Part shown: positions 1-10,944 of the stretch, piece by piece
Numbering within the stretch: the stretch's first letter is position 1
How the letters are laid out: every line of letters begins with the position of its first letter
Source of the DNA: an uncultured Planctomycetaceae bacterium
Lineage (GTDB): Bacteria; Planctomycetota; Planctomycetia; Pirellulales; PALSA-1355
Assembly (NCBI GenBank): GCA_963787355.1
Contig: CAWBCP010000005.1
Span: forward strand, 58,032-122,031
Length of the DNA stretch: 64,000 bases
Reading direction: 5' to 3'
Notes under the pieces: model-generated
The model's input: the letters and a program-made list of their open reading frames with translations, nothing else
Told to the model about the DNA's origin: nothing
Database searches by the model: none
Program-made: the position numbers and the translations under genes

Positions 1-1
1 A

Positions 2-877
2 GTGTCTGTGGATCCGACTCGAGGGCTTGGAGAAGCATTGGGAGCGCACCGAGTCGATGCCGAGATCGTCGATGAGCACCTGGTGCGGGTGGCGACCAAG
101 AATGTGTCGGCCCTTCGGATTGCGATGCCCAGCGGTGGGTGCCCGCTGGACAACACGCAGTGTCCGACGGTGCAGATCGACGGATACGAGCTCGAAGCAC
201 CGGCCGTGGAAACGGACCGCGGCTGGGTCGCCGAGTTCCATAAAGAGGCGGAGGGCTGGCGCGCCGGACTTCCCGCGGCCGACGATGCGCCGCGCAAAGT
301 ACCCGGATTGCAAGGTCCGATCGACGATGCCTTTTTGGACTCGTTCGTGATGGTACGCCCGACGGGCTCGGCTCGGCATGAGCAGACAGGGGCCTGGGTC
401 GAAGCGGAAATGGAGCATGCCATCGAGCATTGGCGAAAGCAATTTCGCGGTGACGCTCGAGTAAAGCTCGACACCACCATTACGGACGCGGATATCGGGC
501 AGAGCAATCTCGTCCTGTGGGGTGACCCCGAGAGCAATCACGTGCTGGCGCGGATCGCCGACAAACTTCCTATCCGCTGGCAAGAGGACAAGTTGATCGT
601 TGGCCATCAGTCCTACGCGGCCGACAAAGTGATGCCGGTGTTGATCTTTCCAAACCCGCTCAACCCCAGGCGCTACGTCGTGCTCAACAGCGGATTTACC
701 TTCCGCGAGTACGACTATTTGAACAATGCCCGGCAAGTGCCCAAGCTGCCGGATTGGGCGCTGGTCGACACGAGCAAGAAACCGACGAGCCGCGAACCTG
801 GCGAAATCGTCGCCGCCGGTTTTTTTGACGAACGATGGCGGCTGGTTGCGGGTCGAGCGCGACCAGGGACTCGATGA
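2..877 (+). CDS. hypothetical protein, C-terminal 291 aa (5' end lies outside window)
   Basis: Open frame from window edge to TGA at 875-877; protein-like composition; no family recognised by eye. Confidence 0.5.
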   Translation: MSVDPTRGLGEALGAHRVDAEIVDEHLVRVATKNVSALRIAMPSGGCPLDNTQCPTVQIDGYELEAPAVETDRGWVAEFHKEAEGWRAGLPAADDAPRKVPGLQGPIDDAFLDSFVMVRPTGSARHEQTGAWVEAEMEHAIEHWRKQFRGDARVKLDTTITDADIGQSNLVLWGDPESNHVLARIADKLPIRWQEDKLIVGHQSYAADKVMPVLIFPNPLNPRRYVVLNSGFTFREYDYLNNARQVPKLPDWALVDTSKKPTSREPGEIVAAGFFDERWRLVAGRARPGTR

Positions 878-1009
878 CCGGGCCAGGGTGGGGAGCGTTG
901 GCCGTCATCACGAAACCTTGGACCGTGATGAATTGCGGCTTGGCATACTTTGATGCCATCAGAGAACTTGCCGGCGGCTATGCCTTCAAGGACGTGCCCC
1001 CCGGGCGTG

Positions 1010-2789
1010 TCAGCTGCTCAGGCCCAGCTCGCGACGGCCTTTTTCCGTGAGCCGGTGCACGGTCCAGGGTGGGTTCCACGTGAGCTCGACCACGACATCG
1101 CGAACGCCGGGAATCTTCAGCACTCGCTCGCGGATGCCCGGCTCGATCCGGCCGCCGCCGGCAGAGACCAGAAAGTTGAACTCCGGCCGCCCCCGATGGG
1201 GCATAGTCACGAGCACCGAGACGACGCCCCCCTGCTCGCGAACGTCGTAGACGTAGCCGAGATCGACGATGCCTGCGTCGAGCTTGTAAAGCTGCTCGTC
1301 CTTGACCTCCGAGATCGCTTTCCAGATCGCCGGCTTCAAGGGTGCAGTCGGCTGCGTCTCGCCCGGGCGGGCCAAGGGGCGCGGCGCGCTCGTGGCGGTC
1401 ATGGTGCGCCCCTGGGCCAGGTGCACCTCGAGCGGGTGCAGCAATTGGTGTCGTAGCTGTTCGATGTGCGCGGCGGGCGCGGTGCCCTCGAAGCCGCCGA
1501 AGAAGTAGGCGTTGCGCTGGCGGATCGTCGTGCCGGCCTTCAGCCGCGTGTGCTGCGCCGGGTAGCGGCTCCAAAGCTGACCGTGACCGTCGTAGTGCAA
1601 CGTGGGCGCGCCGCCGTGCGCGATCTCGGTCCCCTCGGCCGCGTGCTCGAGCCACAAGGCGACGAACGCGTCGTGGCTCGTGCGGTTGAAAAAGCCGACG
1701 CCCCACAGGTTTTCGGCCTGCGCCCCTGATGGATTGCCCTGGTGCAGTTTGCCCTGGGCATCGAACCAGAGCGTGTCGGTAAACGAGTAGCCGGAGAAGA
1801 CCCATTCGTCGTCGCGCATCGCCTCGATGTCGACGTCCTTGACGACGTCGAAGCGGCTTTCCTTGATGAAGTAGGGCAGGCCCGCGTAGAACCGATAGGT
1901 CTGGTCCATATGGATCCGGCTGGGTGTGAACACCGGGTGCAGCGGGCTGTAGGGAAATCCCCAGCGGCGAATCGTCGCGCACACCGGCCCGGTGGTCGTC
2001 TCATAGTTCGGGCAGCTCGGCCAGTTTCGCATCCGCAGCTTCTGGAAGTGTTCCACGTCGACGTAGTCGTGCGCCCAGTCGATGCCCGCCGGCTCGCCGT
2101 GCCCCTTGCCGCCGGCATACAACTCCAAGCCGTGCTGCCGCTTGGAGGTCAGGCGTTCGAGTTGGCCCACTTGCCGTGAGAGCCGGGCCAGGTAGTGATG
2201 GTTTTCGATGTCGAGGCCGTACCCCTGGCCCCGCACTTGCAGATCCGTGGCATACTGGGTCCGCTCGGACCACGGATTGCCACAGAAGACGAAATACGTC
2301 GCTTGTTGGTGCCCCGCGACGTCGGCCGGAAACGTTAGGCGACAACTGCGCTCGCCGGCGCTCGCGGTTTCGCCCTCCACCTGGCAGGAGATTTCGACCA
2401 GTGTGTTCGACGGCCGGTCCCATCGTGCCATGCGCAGCTCGCGCAAGGTCGGAGGTGAGCTTGCTCGGCGCGGAGAGCGTGATCTCGACCGGCTCACCGC
2501 GTCGCTCGATGCCCACGGTCTCGAACACGTCCAGCGGCCGCACATGGGTCCAACCGTTCGACCATTCGGCCCAGGCCCCAGGAAGGTCACCGGCCACGAG
2601 CCACTGGTCGGCCGCCACGGTCGGCGCTGTGGTGGAAACCGCCAACTGCCGTTCGTAGCCGAGCGTGTCTTTGGCGGACTCCGCCAACGACATGGCCAGG
2701 TCGAGCTTGCCCGCGGCGTGCGCTGCTGCGAGCAATCGCAGTTTGTCCGACACGCCATCGGTGCGATCCGCGTATCGCGCAGCACTCAT
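1010..2789 (-). CDS. hypothetical protein with C-terminal DUF59/MIP18-family (SufT/PaaD-like Fe-S assembly) domain; apparent frameshift near 2430-2460
   Basis: ATG at 2789 preceded by GGAG; the N-terminal 110 aa are protein-like in frame A, then the sense frame switches to the 1010..2785 frame (alternative in-frame ATG at 2431). C-terminus ...GIVDLGYVYDV...VSVLVTMP...VELTWNPPW matches DUF59. Confidence 0.5.
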
Positions 2790-2979
2790 GACAACAACTC
2801 CCTGCTGGTGTGACGTATTCCACGAACGGTTCGGCAGAGTGGGTTTTTGACATGCTCCGGCGGAGGGAGAAAGAACGGGCGTACCCACGGGCCCACCATG
2901 GACATATCAATAGGCGCCAATGTATCATGAGGGCGGCCAAGAGGCGAGTTTTTGGTGATGTTTCGAGAAGGAACGTGCC

Positions 2980-4340
2980 ATGCTTTCGATTCTGGGACGG
3001 CGCCCCTCGCGGTTTTGCGACGGACACTCACGGCGGCATTTTCTGAAGATCGGCGGGCTGGCACTCGGCGGGCTGGCGCTGCCGGGGATTCTGCGGGCCG
3101 AAGAGAATTCGCCTACCACGCAAGGAAAGAATCTCTCGCACAAAGCCATCATCATGATCTATCTGTCCGGTGGTCCGTCGCACCAGGACATGTTCGACTT
3201 GAAGATGGACGCGCCGCTGGAGATTCGCGGATCGTTCAAGCCGATCCGGACCAACGTGCCGGGGATCCAGATCTGCGAGCACATGCCGCGGCTGGCGACG
3301 ATGATGGACAAGTTCGCCATCATTCGATCGTTGTACGGCTGCCCCGATCAGCACGCCTCGGACCTGTGCCTGAGCGGCTATCCGATCGGAGCCAGGGGGA
3401 ATCAGGACAATCATCCGTCGCTGGGCTCGGCGCTCTCCAAACTGCAAGGCCCGGTGGACCCGGCCGTGGCGCCGTTTGTGGGCCTGACGATCAAGACCGG
3501 GCACGCGCCGTATTCGAACCCCGGTATGCCGGGTTTCCTGGGAGCGGCCCATGCGCCGTTTCAGCCTGAGGGCGAAGGGATGGCCGACATGCGGCTCAAT
3601 GGCGTGACTCTCGATCAACTTCGCGATCGCCAAGCGCTGCTGTGCAATTTCGATGCATTTCGGCGGCAGATCGATACGCAGCCGGCCTATCGGGATGTCG
3701 ACGCGCTCACACAAAAGGCGTTCGACGTGCTGACGTCAAACAAGCTGGCCAAAGCCCTCGACCTGGAGCAGGAAGACCCGGCCGTGCGGGACCGCTATGG
3801 CCGCGGCAGCGCTGCCCCGGCATTCGGCGAAGACGCCGGTCCGCACTGGATGGATCAATTCCTGATGGCCCGGCGGCTGGTCGAGGCGGGCGTGCGCTGC
3901 GTGACCCTCTCGTTCGGCAGTTGGGACCGTCACGGCGGCGAATTTTGAGCGGTTGCCCGAGCAACTTGGAAAACTGGATCAAGCGATCACGGCACTGGTT
4001 GAAGACCTGCACGCGCGGCGGCCTGGACGAGGACGTGAGCGTGGTGGCCTGGGGCGAATTCGGACGCACCCCCCGGATCAACGCGGGCGGCGGTCGCGAT
4101 CACTGGCCGCAAGTGTCGTGCGCCCTATTGGCCGGCGGCGGGATGCGCATGGGCCAGGTTATCGGCTCCACGAACCGCCTCGGCGAAGTACCGCAAGACC
4201 GGCCCGTTCACTATCAAGACGTCTTCGCCACCCTCTACCGCCAACTCGGCATCGACGCGAATATCGCCACCATCCCCGACCACGCCGGCCGGCCGCAGTA
4301 CCTGCTGGACCGGCGCGAGCCGATCCGAGAGTTGATCTAG
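2980..4340 (+). pseudogene. DUF1501 domain protein (Tat signal RRHFLKIGGLALGGLA, sulfatase-like), interrupted by two +1 frameshifts
   Basis: N-terminal 322 aa in the 2980 frame ends ...SWDRHGGEF*. The conserved continuation [26 protein letters not shown] then [21 protein letters not shown]...GRDHWP is found in two other frames (shifts ~3945 and ~4025). Confidence 0.75.
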
Positions 4341-4570
4341 AGGTGGGGCTGGACGAGTTGCTCGTGGCGATTGGCGCCCCGCCCGAGGTGATGGTTCAAT
4401 GTGGCGGTCGATGTGACCGGATCACGATTTGCGGAAAGGGGGCGAATCTCAGAGTGCTCGCAGAGCGTTTGAGCGTTCGATATCTGATCGCGGATCGGGG
4501 AGCAAGAGATCGACGGCAGCATGTGACGCGGCAAAAACAGTCGTTCAAGAATCGCGCGGCACAAGATAGA

Positions 4571-6541
4571 ATGAGTGCTGCGACGACGAGAGTCGACCGA
4601 TCGCCGCGGGACAGAATCTTGTTGCTGGGAGACGGATTTATTGCTGTCGAGAGTTACTTCGACCAGTTCCATCGATGGCTCGACTTAGAGTCGGCTGCCG
4701 AAGCTCAAGAGTTGGCGGAACGCCGCCAGCTGCGCGCCCGCACGACGGCGGAACAAGGAGGCGAGGCCCTGTTGGACCTTGCGATCCAAGACCATCGCCC
4801 CGGCTTGGGGGGCCGGCATCTCTTCACGTTTGTCAAGCGGAACCGCACGTTGAGTTTACCCTGGAATCGGTTGCGCGTTGGCTCGCCCGTCGTGATCACT
4901 TCGCTGGACAATGCTGATGAGTCGCCGCGGAGCGGTGTCGTGAGCGCGCGAAAAATCGATTCGATCCAGGTTGCCGTCGACCATTGGATCTCGGGCGACC
5001 GTTTTGATCTGGACCTTTCGACGGACGAAGTGTCGCGCAATCGAGAGCGGGCCTCGCTGCAAAACGTTGCTGCGGTGCGCGGTCGTCTGGGCGAGCTACG
5101 GCAAATCGCCCTAGGGGATCGCGATCCAGGCTATGCGAAGCGCCGGCAGCCGAGGTTCGGCGAAGTCAGGCCGCTGGCCGGCGCCGATGGCCTCAACCCG
5201 TCGCAACGTGCAGCGATTGAATTCGCCCTGTCGGCCGAGGACATCGCGATCATCCATGGGCCGCCGGGCACCGGCAAGACCACGTCCGTGGCAGCGTTCA
5301 TTCGACAGGCCGCGCTCCGCGGCGAAAAGGTGCTGGCCTGCGCGCCGAGCAATACGGCGGTCGACAATCTGCTGGAACAGTTGGTCGACTACGGGCAGTC
5401 GGTCGTGCGCATCGGGCATCCGGCGCGTCAAGGACGCGTTGCGCAGCCACACGCTCGATGCTTTGGTCGAAACCCACGACAACATGCGCCTGGTGAAGGA
5501 CCTGTTGCGCCAGGCCGAGGATCTGTACCGGAAGGCGGATCGGTATACGCGCGCAAGCCGGCCCGCGGCGCCAAGCACGACATGCGGCGCGAAGCTCGGC
5601 AACTCAAGGCGGAAGCGCGCCAATTCGAACGGCAGGCGATCGATCACGTGCTCGACCGCGCCGATGTGATCTGCGCTACGACGTCGATCGACGACCTGGT
5701 GCTGGGGGATCGCTCGTTCGATTGGGTCGTGATCGACGAGGCGTGCCAGTGTACCGAATCCGCTAGCTGGGTACCGCTGCAGCGCGGCCGTCGCTTTCTG
5801 CTGGCCGGCGATCATTGTCAGCTTCCGCCGACAGTGATCTCGACAGTCGCGGCACGCGAAGGATATTCGCGGAGCATGCTCGAACGGCTGGTCGAGACTT
5901 TTGGCACGGCGATCACCCGACAACTGGACGTGCAATATCGCATGCACGTGGCGATCATGCGGTTCTCGTCCGGGCAGTTTTACGGCGACACGCTACAGGC
6001 CCATGAAACGGTGCGAAGCCACGTCTTGTCTGACTTGCCGAACGTGAGCTCGTCGCCGCTGACCGACGAGCCGATGGAGTATATCGATACGGCCGGCGCG
6101 AACTATGACGAGGAGGAGGAGCCGGACGGCTCCAGCAGGCGAAACCCGGCGGAAGGCCGTCTGGTGCTGTCAAAGGTCCGGCAGTTGCTCGAGGCGGGGC
6201 TGCCGGCCAGCGAGATCGCGGTGATCGCGCCCTATGCCGCGCAGGTCCGTTGGTTGCGCGAGCACGCGCCGGATAGCGGGCTCGAAATCGACACGGTCGA
6301 CGGTTTTCAAGGCCGCGAAAAGGAGGCCGTGGTCATCTCTCTCGTCCGTTCGAATCGCGAGGGGGAAATTGGATTCCTGCAGGATACGCGGCGGATGAAC
6401 GTTGCCCTGACGCGCGCCCGTCGTAAGTTGATCGTGGTAGGGGACAGCGCGACGCTTGGAGGAAATCCGTTTTACGCGGCACTCTTGGCGTACTTCGAAG
6501 CCACCGACAGTTACCACACCGTATGGGAAGAATCGAATTGA
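4571..6541 (+). CDS. Superfamily-1 DNA/RNA helicase, Upf1/IGHMBP2-like (AAA_11/AAA_12)
   Basis: Walker A GPPGTGKT; motifs DEACQ, VGDHCQLPP, VQYRMH and GFQGREKEAVVISLVRSN. The start is taken at ATG 4571 (alternative 4391); the upstream part of the long ORF is the DUF1501 tail in another frame. A 45-aa segment (~5425-5560) reads as conserved GHPAR..HTLDALVETHDNMRLVKDL only in the +1 frame, indicating a pair of compensating frameshifts. Confidence 0.75.
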   Translation: MSAATTRVDRSPRDRILLLGDGFIAVESYFDQFHRWLDLESAAEAQELAERRQLRARTTAEQGGEALLDLAIQDHRPGLGGRHLFTFVKRNRTLSLPWNRLRVGSPVVITSLDNADESPRSGVVSARKIDSIQVAVDHWISGDRFDLDLSTDEVSRNRERASLQNVAAVRGRLGELRQIALGDRDPGYAKRRQPRFGEVRPLAGADGLNPSQRAAIEFALSAEDIAIIHGPPGTGKTTSVAAFIRQAALRGEKVLACAPSNTAVDNLLEQLVDYGQSVVRIGHPARQGRVAQPHARCFGRNPRQHAPGEGPVAPGRGSVPEGGSVYARKPARGAKHDMRREARQLKAEARQFERQAIDHVLDRADVICATTSIDDLVLGDRSFDWVVIDEACQCTESASWVPLQRGRRFLLAGDHCQLPPTVISTVAAREGYSRSMLERLVETFGTAITRQLDVQYRMHVAIMRFSSGQFYGDTLQAHETVRSHVLSDLPNVSSSPLTDEPMEYIDTAGANYDEEEEPDGSSRRNPAEGRLVLSKVRQLLEAGLPASEIAVIAPYAAQVRWLREHAPDSGLEIDTVDGFQGREKEAVVISLVRSNREGEIGFLQDTRRMNVALTRARRKLIVVGDSATLGGNPFYAALLAYFEATDSYHTVWEESN

Positions 6542-6631
6542 GCGGGATGCAACCTGGAACGTCGCGTCGGACCGGCAAGCTCATCTGAAGCGCGGAAGCG
6601 GACCGCCTAGTCAAGGTTTGTAGTTTTTGTC

Positions 6632-8459
6632 ATGGCTCTGATCACCGTCAATCAACTTCGCATTGGATTTCGCGGGCCGCTGCTCTTGGACGATGTTTCC
6701 TGCCAGATCGAGGCGGGGCAGCGCATTGGGCTTCTCGGGCGCAATGGTGTGGGCAAGACGACGCTGCTTCGCATTCTCAGTGGCGAAGTCGAGCCCGACT
6801 CGGGCGAAGTGGCCTTCGCGCCGGGTACGACCGTGTCCTTGCTTCCCCAGGAAGTCCCGCAGGATTTCAGCGGGAGGGCCATCGACGTGGTGACGGGCGG
6901 TTCGCCCGATGAAGAGCCCGAGACCGTCTGGCGGGTCGAAAACCGGGCCAGGCATCTGCTTTCGAACGTGGGACTGGCGCCGGAGGTTGCCGTCGAATCG
7001 CTGTCTTCGGGGATGAAGCGGCGCGTGCTGCTGGCGCGGGCGTTGGTCTCGAATCCCGACGTGCTGCTACTTGACGAGCCGACGAACCATCTCGACGTGG
7101 AGACGATCGCGTGGCTGGAAGAGTTTCTGAGCCGATTTCGCACGACATTGGTTTTTGTGACTCACGATCGGAGGTTCTTGCAGACACTCGCTACGCGCAT
7201 TTTGGAAATCGATCGCGGACGGTTGTTCGATTGGTCGTGCGACTACGAAACATTTCTTGCCCGCAAAGCCGATTTGCTGGCGGCCGAGGAAAAACAAAAC
7301 GCGTTGTTCGACAAGCGGCTGGCCGAGGAAGAAGCCTGGATTCGACAAGGAATCAAGGCGCGACGAACCCGCAATGAAGGCCGAGTCCGGGCACTCGAAC
7401 AGATGCGCCGACAGCGCAGCCAGCGGCCAGCGCCAACATCGAAAGTGCAACTCGATATTCAAGAAGGCCAGCGGAGCGGAATGCTGGTCGCCGCTGCCGA
7501 ATCGATCGGCTTTGCCTACGGCGCGACGCAGGTCTTTCGCGATTTCTCGACCACCATCATGCGCGGCGACAAGATCGGCATCATCGGACCCAACGGCGCG
7601 GGAAAGACCACGCTGTTGCGAGTGCTGCTCGGTCAGTTGCCGCCGACCTCGGGCACGGTTCGATTGGGAACGAATCTGCAAATCGCCTATTTCGATCAGT
7701 TGCGCGGGCAGCTTGACCAAGATCGATCGGTCCAAGAGAACGTGGGGGATGGTTACGAAACCTTGCAAATCGGCGGCCGTTCGCGTCACGTCATCGGCTA
7801 TTTGCAAGAGTTCTTGTTCAGCCCCGAGCGAGCCCGCACGCCGGTTCGGTTCCTATCGGGCGGCGAGCGTAATCGTGTATTGCTGGCCAAGCTATTCGCA
7901 AAACCGGCCAACTTGATCGTGCTCGACGAGCCTACCAACGATTTGGACGCCGAGACGCTCGAGTTGCTGGAGGAACGGCTCGTGCAGTTCGAAGGGACCG
8001 TGTTGCTGGTCAGTCACGATCGCACGTTCTTGAACAATGTCGTCACCAGCACGATCGCATATGAAGACGGCGGCGTAATGGAATACGTGGGGGGCTATGA
8101 CGACTGGCTCCGCCAGCGCGACGCTCGATCGGCACGGCGCCGCGTCGCCGGATTCGGCGCAATCTTCTCGTGCCGCGGATAAGTCACGCGCGAAGGACGC
8201 GGAAAAGTGTGTTGGCGCCAGCGAGACCCGAAAACGCCGTCCAACGTTTAATCAACGCCAAGAGCGGGATGCGCTGCCCGCGTTGATCGAAAGGCTCGAG
8301 ACCGAGGTGGCCGCCTTGCATGTTGAAATGGCGAAGCCGCTGTACTATCGGCAATCGAAAGAACGCATCGCCGAGGAAGCCGCCCGCTTAAAGGAATTGG
8401 AAGGCGAACTCGCCAATGCGTACCAGCGTTGGGAGGAGCTGGACGAACTCGCCGATTGA
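6632..8459 (+). CDS. ABC-F family ATP-binding cassette protein (Uup/EttA-like), frameshift near 8110-8170
   Basis: Two ABC cassettes (GRNGVGKTT / GPNGAGKTT, LSGGE signature twice). The C-terminal coiled-coil ...KRRPTFNQRQERDALPALIERLE...YQRWEELDEL is typical of Uup but sits in a different frame (ORF 8097..8459). Confidence 0.75.
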
Positions 8460-8641
8460 GCCGGCGAGATCGCTGTAATCAACGGGCTTTTCTTGACGCC
8501 GGATTCCAATGCGTGACCGAAGCAGCGGGAATCTCCGGCATTGCGCGGCATCCAAGCCTGGACGCACCGTGCGTCGGGCCGACACACCGACTTGCGATTG
8601 GCTATGCCGTTGGCAGGTCAGATTCGCAATGAGGCGGAGCC

Positions 8642-8956
8642 TCAGTTACTCGACGGATCCCGACTGATCTTCCGGCCCGTCTTGACCGTCGAGGTGCGGG
8701 AGTTCGTATAGATGCCCGGCAGCTGCGCGCTCAAGCAGCGGCCGCTGGCCCAGCTTCGCAGCCGTTCGACCGACTCCCCGGCCGTGACCGCCACGGGCAC
8801 CACCTTCTGGGCAGCATGCACCAAGGGCAGGTCCAAGAGCGCCGCCAGCCGGCAGCAGGCCCGAATCTCGGCGCCGGTCCACTGCTCGTCGTTGGGCAGC
8901 CGCTGGTTGGCATCCAGCTTGAACTGCCTCGGTCTGGCCGGAACTGGCCACCCCGC
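8642..8956 (-). CDS. hypothetical; 104 sense-looking codons lacking any Met, in frame immediately after the TGA stop of the ECF sigma gene
   Basis: Translation ...RQFKLDANQRLPNDEQWTGAEIRACCRLAALLDLPLVHAAQKVVPVAVTAGESVERLRSW... is protein-like. It contains no ATG and only TTG/GTG candidate starts. The overlapping TTG-start ORF 8646..8960 is G/A/R-rich and looks spurious. Confidence 0.2.
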   Translation of the reverse strand, partial: AGWPVPARPRQFKLDANQRLPNDEQWTGAEIRACCRLAALLDLPLVHAAQKVVPVAVTAGESVERLRSWASGRCLSAQLPGIYTNSRTSTVKTGRKISRDPSSN

Positions 8957-9601
8957 TCAAGGCTTTTTCGCACTCGGCTCTTCACTTTGATAAGCCAGCC
9001 AGCTGGTCTCCAGCTCATGGCGCAGCTGGGAAATCCTCGCGCTGCTCAACTTGAACTGTCTCGCCACATCGCATGTCGATTCGCCCCTGGCCAGGCTCTT
9101 GGCAATGCGGCGGTTTCTGCGCGACAGTAAACGAAGCCAGGCGGCCAGATCGATCCGTGCAGCCGCAGTTTCCGCCGGCCCGGCACGCCGATCTTCCACC
9201 AGGGCAGCCCGCCAGTTGCCCTGCGTGTCGTCAAACGTGTCCAGCGACTCGACGACGTTCCCAGCACCGACGTCCCCCGAACCGAAACGCGCCGGTCGGG
9301 ACAGAACGTCGACGGTCCTCGAGCGGCCACCCGGTTGTCGTCCGGCCCGGACTTGGCGAATCGCGTAGCTTGCCAGTGGCGTGGCGAAGGCCGCGTGTGG
9401 CTTGCCGCGCTCGACTAACCGCAGGAAAGCGATATAGGCGCTGGCTACAACCGCCTGGACCAATTCAGCTTTGAGCTCCGACGGCAGACGGCGAAAGGCG
9501 TACCCCGCCTGCCCGCGAATCGCGGGAAGCATCTTCAGGAAGCGATCATTCGTGGCTGTGCGCCGATCGCGGCTTGGCTTCTCGACAATGGCGATCATCA
9601 T
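8957..9601 (-). CDS. ECF-family RNA polymerase sigma factor
   Basis: Sigma-70 region 2 and region 4 helix-turn-helix (LSRRNRRIAKSLARGESTCDVARQFKLSSARISQLRHEL); tandem ATG ATG at 9601/9598. Confidence 0.8.
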   Translation of the reverse strand: MMIAIVEKPSRDRRTATNDRFLKMLPAIRGQAGYAFRRLPSELKAELVQAVVASAYIAFLRLVERGKPHAAFATPLASYAIRQVRAGRQPGGRSRTVDVLSRPARFGSGDVGAGNVVESLDTFDDTQGNWRAALVEDRRAGPAETAAARIDLAAWLRLLSRRNRRIAKSLARGESTCDVARQFKLSSARISQLRHELETSWLAYQSEEPSAKKP

Positions 9602-9930
9602 GGCAGCGACCTCCTGGGAAAGAGACCGCCCCCAATCGGGCGGTCGTGTGGGAAAACACAACCGCCCGGGCACCGTGCCAAGGCGATACGCAAGACGCCG
9701 CCAGAGGGCGGCATGGCGAATGAAAAAGCCCCCAGAGCGACACGCTGTGTGTGGCCTGGGGGCTGGCGCCCGGCGTCGGTCAGACGCTAGGCGGAGTCCT
9801 CATCTAAGATGCCCGATATTCGGCGGGTATTAAGCTGAGTGCTCGGCTTGGCTTGCTCAGCGGCCTTTAAGAACTCGACGCCGGCCAGCAGAGCGGGCCC
9901 CACGGAGCTACCTTGGCCGCGAAGGGCGAT

Positions 9931-10944
9931 TTAACGTCGCCGCCGTCGCCAGGTCCAGGCGATGAGGCTGACGAGGGCAAAGGCAGCCAGCACTGCCGTA
10001 CTTGGCTCAGGGACGCTTGCCACGCGGAAGCCGAAGAGGTAGTACTCGAACGTCGGGCTAATGCCGCCCCGGTTCGAGGACTGCAAGGGGAGCGAGTCGT
10101 CGAGCCACGAACCGCCGCGCAAACCCCGATACGAACCGCTAATCAAGGCCTCGTTCCATTGAAACACGTTGCCTCCCATGTCATATACGCCGTAGGGGCT
10201 GGCCGACGCGGTGTAGGTGCCCACAGCAGTCAAATAGCTCTGACTGCTGCTGTAGCTCGTGGAGCCAGTCACCGCGAATGCACCACCGGGGCTCAGGAAG
10301 TTCCCCGTGTCAGGGGTGCTGCCCGGAGGTGCGGACGTTGGCACGGTGTTGCTGGAAAACGGGTACTGATTATAGGAACCGGCCGGGTTATAATAAGCCG
10401 CCTTGTACCACTCGCTTTCGCTGGGAATGAAGATCGTGGCGTCGGAATTACGCGTGAACGCGTTCAACGCGGCTTGTGAGGTGGCTCCGTTGAGCGTATA
10501 CGCGCCGGTTTCGGTCGTGCCCGGGCCTTCGGCTCCGGTTGGCTGTCCGTTTTGCAGCCAGTTGGAAAAGCGGGCCGCGTCGCCCCAATTCACGTAGGTG
10601 ATCGGCAGATTGGCCGAAGTGCCGATCACGCTGTACGTATAGCTGCCCGAAGAACCGCTGCGGGAGATGCCCTCGATGTTTTGGTCGGTGCCCATCGATG
10701 GGTTGTAGAGCCCGTAGGTGTCGGTGGCCGCCACGGAATTTAAGAACTCCGTGTACTGGCCGACCGTGACATCGTACTTGTCGATGCTGTAGTTGTAGGC
10801 CACCGCGCCGTAGAGATTGCCGGTGGCCGGGTCGTTGGCGTTGCCCGCATTGCCGACGGGCACCCAGTCGATCGTGACTGGGGTAGCCGAAGCCGGGAGG
10901 GCGGAGGCCAGCAAGGCGACACAGGCAGCCAGCGAAGCCGCCAA
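9931..10944 (-). CDS. Module 4: FGE/SUMF1-family (DUF323) domain with PEP-CTERM tail (paralog A, ~80% aa identity to module 1)
   Basis: Possible TTG start 10944, giving signal peptide (R)ALAASLAACVALLASALPASA. FGE motifs (ITYVNWGDAARFSNWLQNG, YDMGGNVFQWNE, RGLRGGSW); terminal VPEPSTAVLAAFALVSLIAWTWRRRRR then TAA at 9931-9933. Confidence 0.55.
   Translation of the reverse strand: MAASLAACVALLASALPASATPVTIDWVPVGNAGNANDPATGNLYGAVAYNYSIDKYDVTVGQYTEFLNSVAATDTYGLYNPSMGTDQNIEGISRSGSSGSYTYSVIGTSANLPITYVNWGDAARFSNWLQNGQPTGAEGPGTTETGAYTLNGATSQAALNAFTRNSDATIFIPSESEWYKAAYYNPAGSYNQYPFSSNTVPTSAPPGSTPDTGNFLSPGGAFAVTGSTSYSSSQSYLTAVGTYTASASPYGVYDMGGNVFQWNEALISGSYRGLRGGSWLDDSLPLQSSNRGGISPTFEYYLFGFRVASVPEPSTAVLAAFALVSLIAWTWRRRRR

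Noticed and set aside
1010-2785. N-terminal ~118 aa of the 591-aa minus-strand ORF
   Set aside because: Ser/Arg/Pro/Trp-rich nonsense. The protein-like sequence begins at the internal ATG 2431, and a better N-terminus exists in the neighbouring frame starting at 2789.
3953-4570. N-terminal 206 aa of the 862-aa ORF that contains the helicase
   Set aside because: This part is the frameshifted DUF1501 tail read in another frame plus Arg/Pro-rich junk. The helicase homology begins at ATG 4571 (or 4391).
8646-8960. TTG-initiated ORF overlapping the sigma factor stop (possible anti-sigma factor)
   Set aside because: Gly/Ala/Arg-rich low-information composition with no zf-HC2 or TM segment. The alternative frame (same frame as the sigma gene) looks far more protein-like, so this frame is probably spurious.
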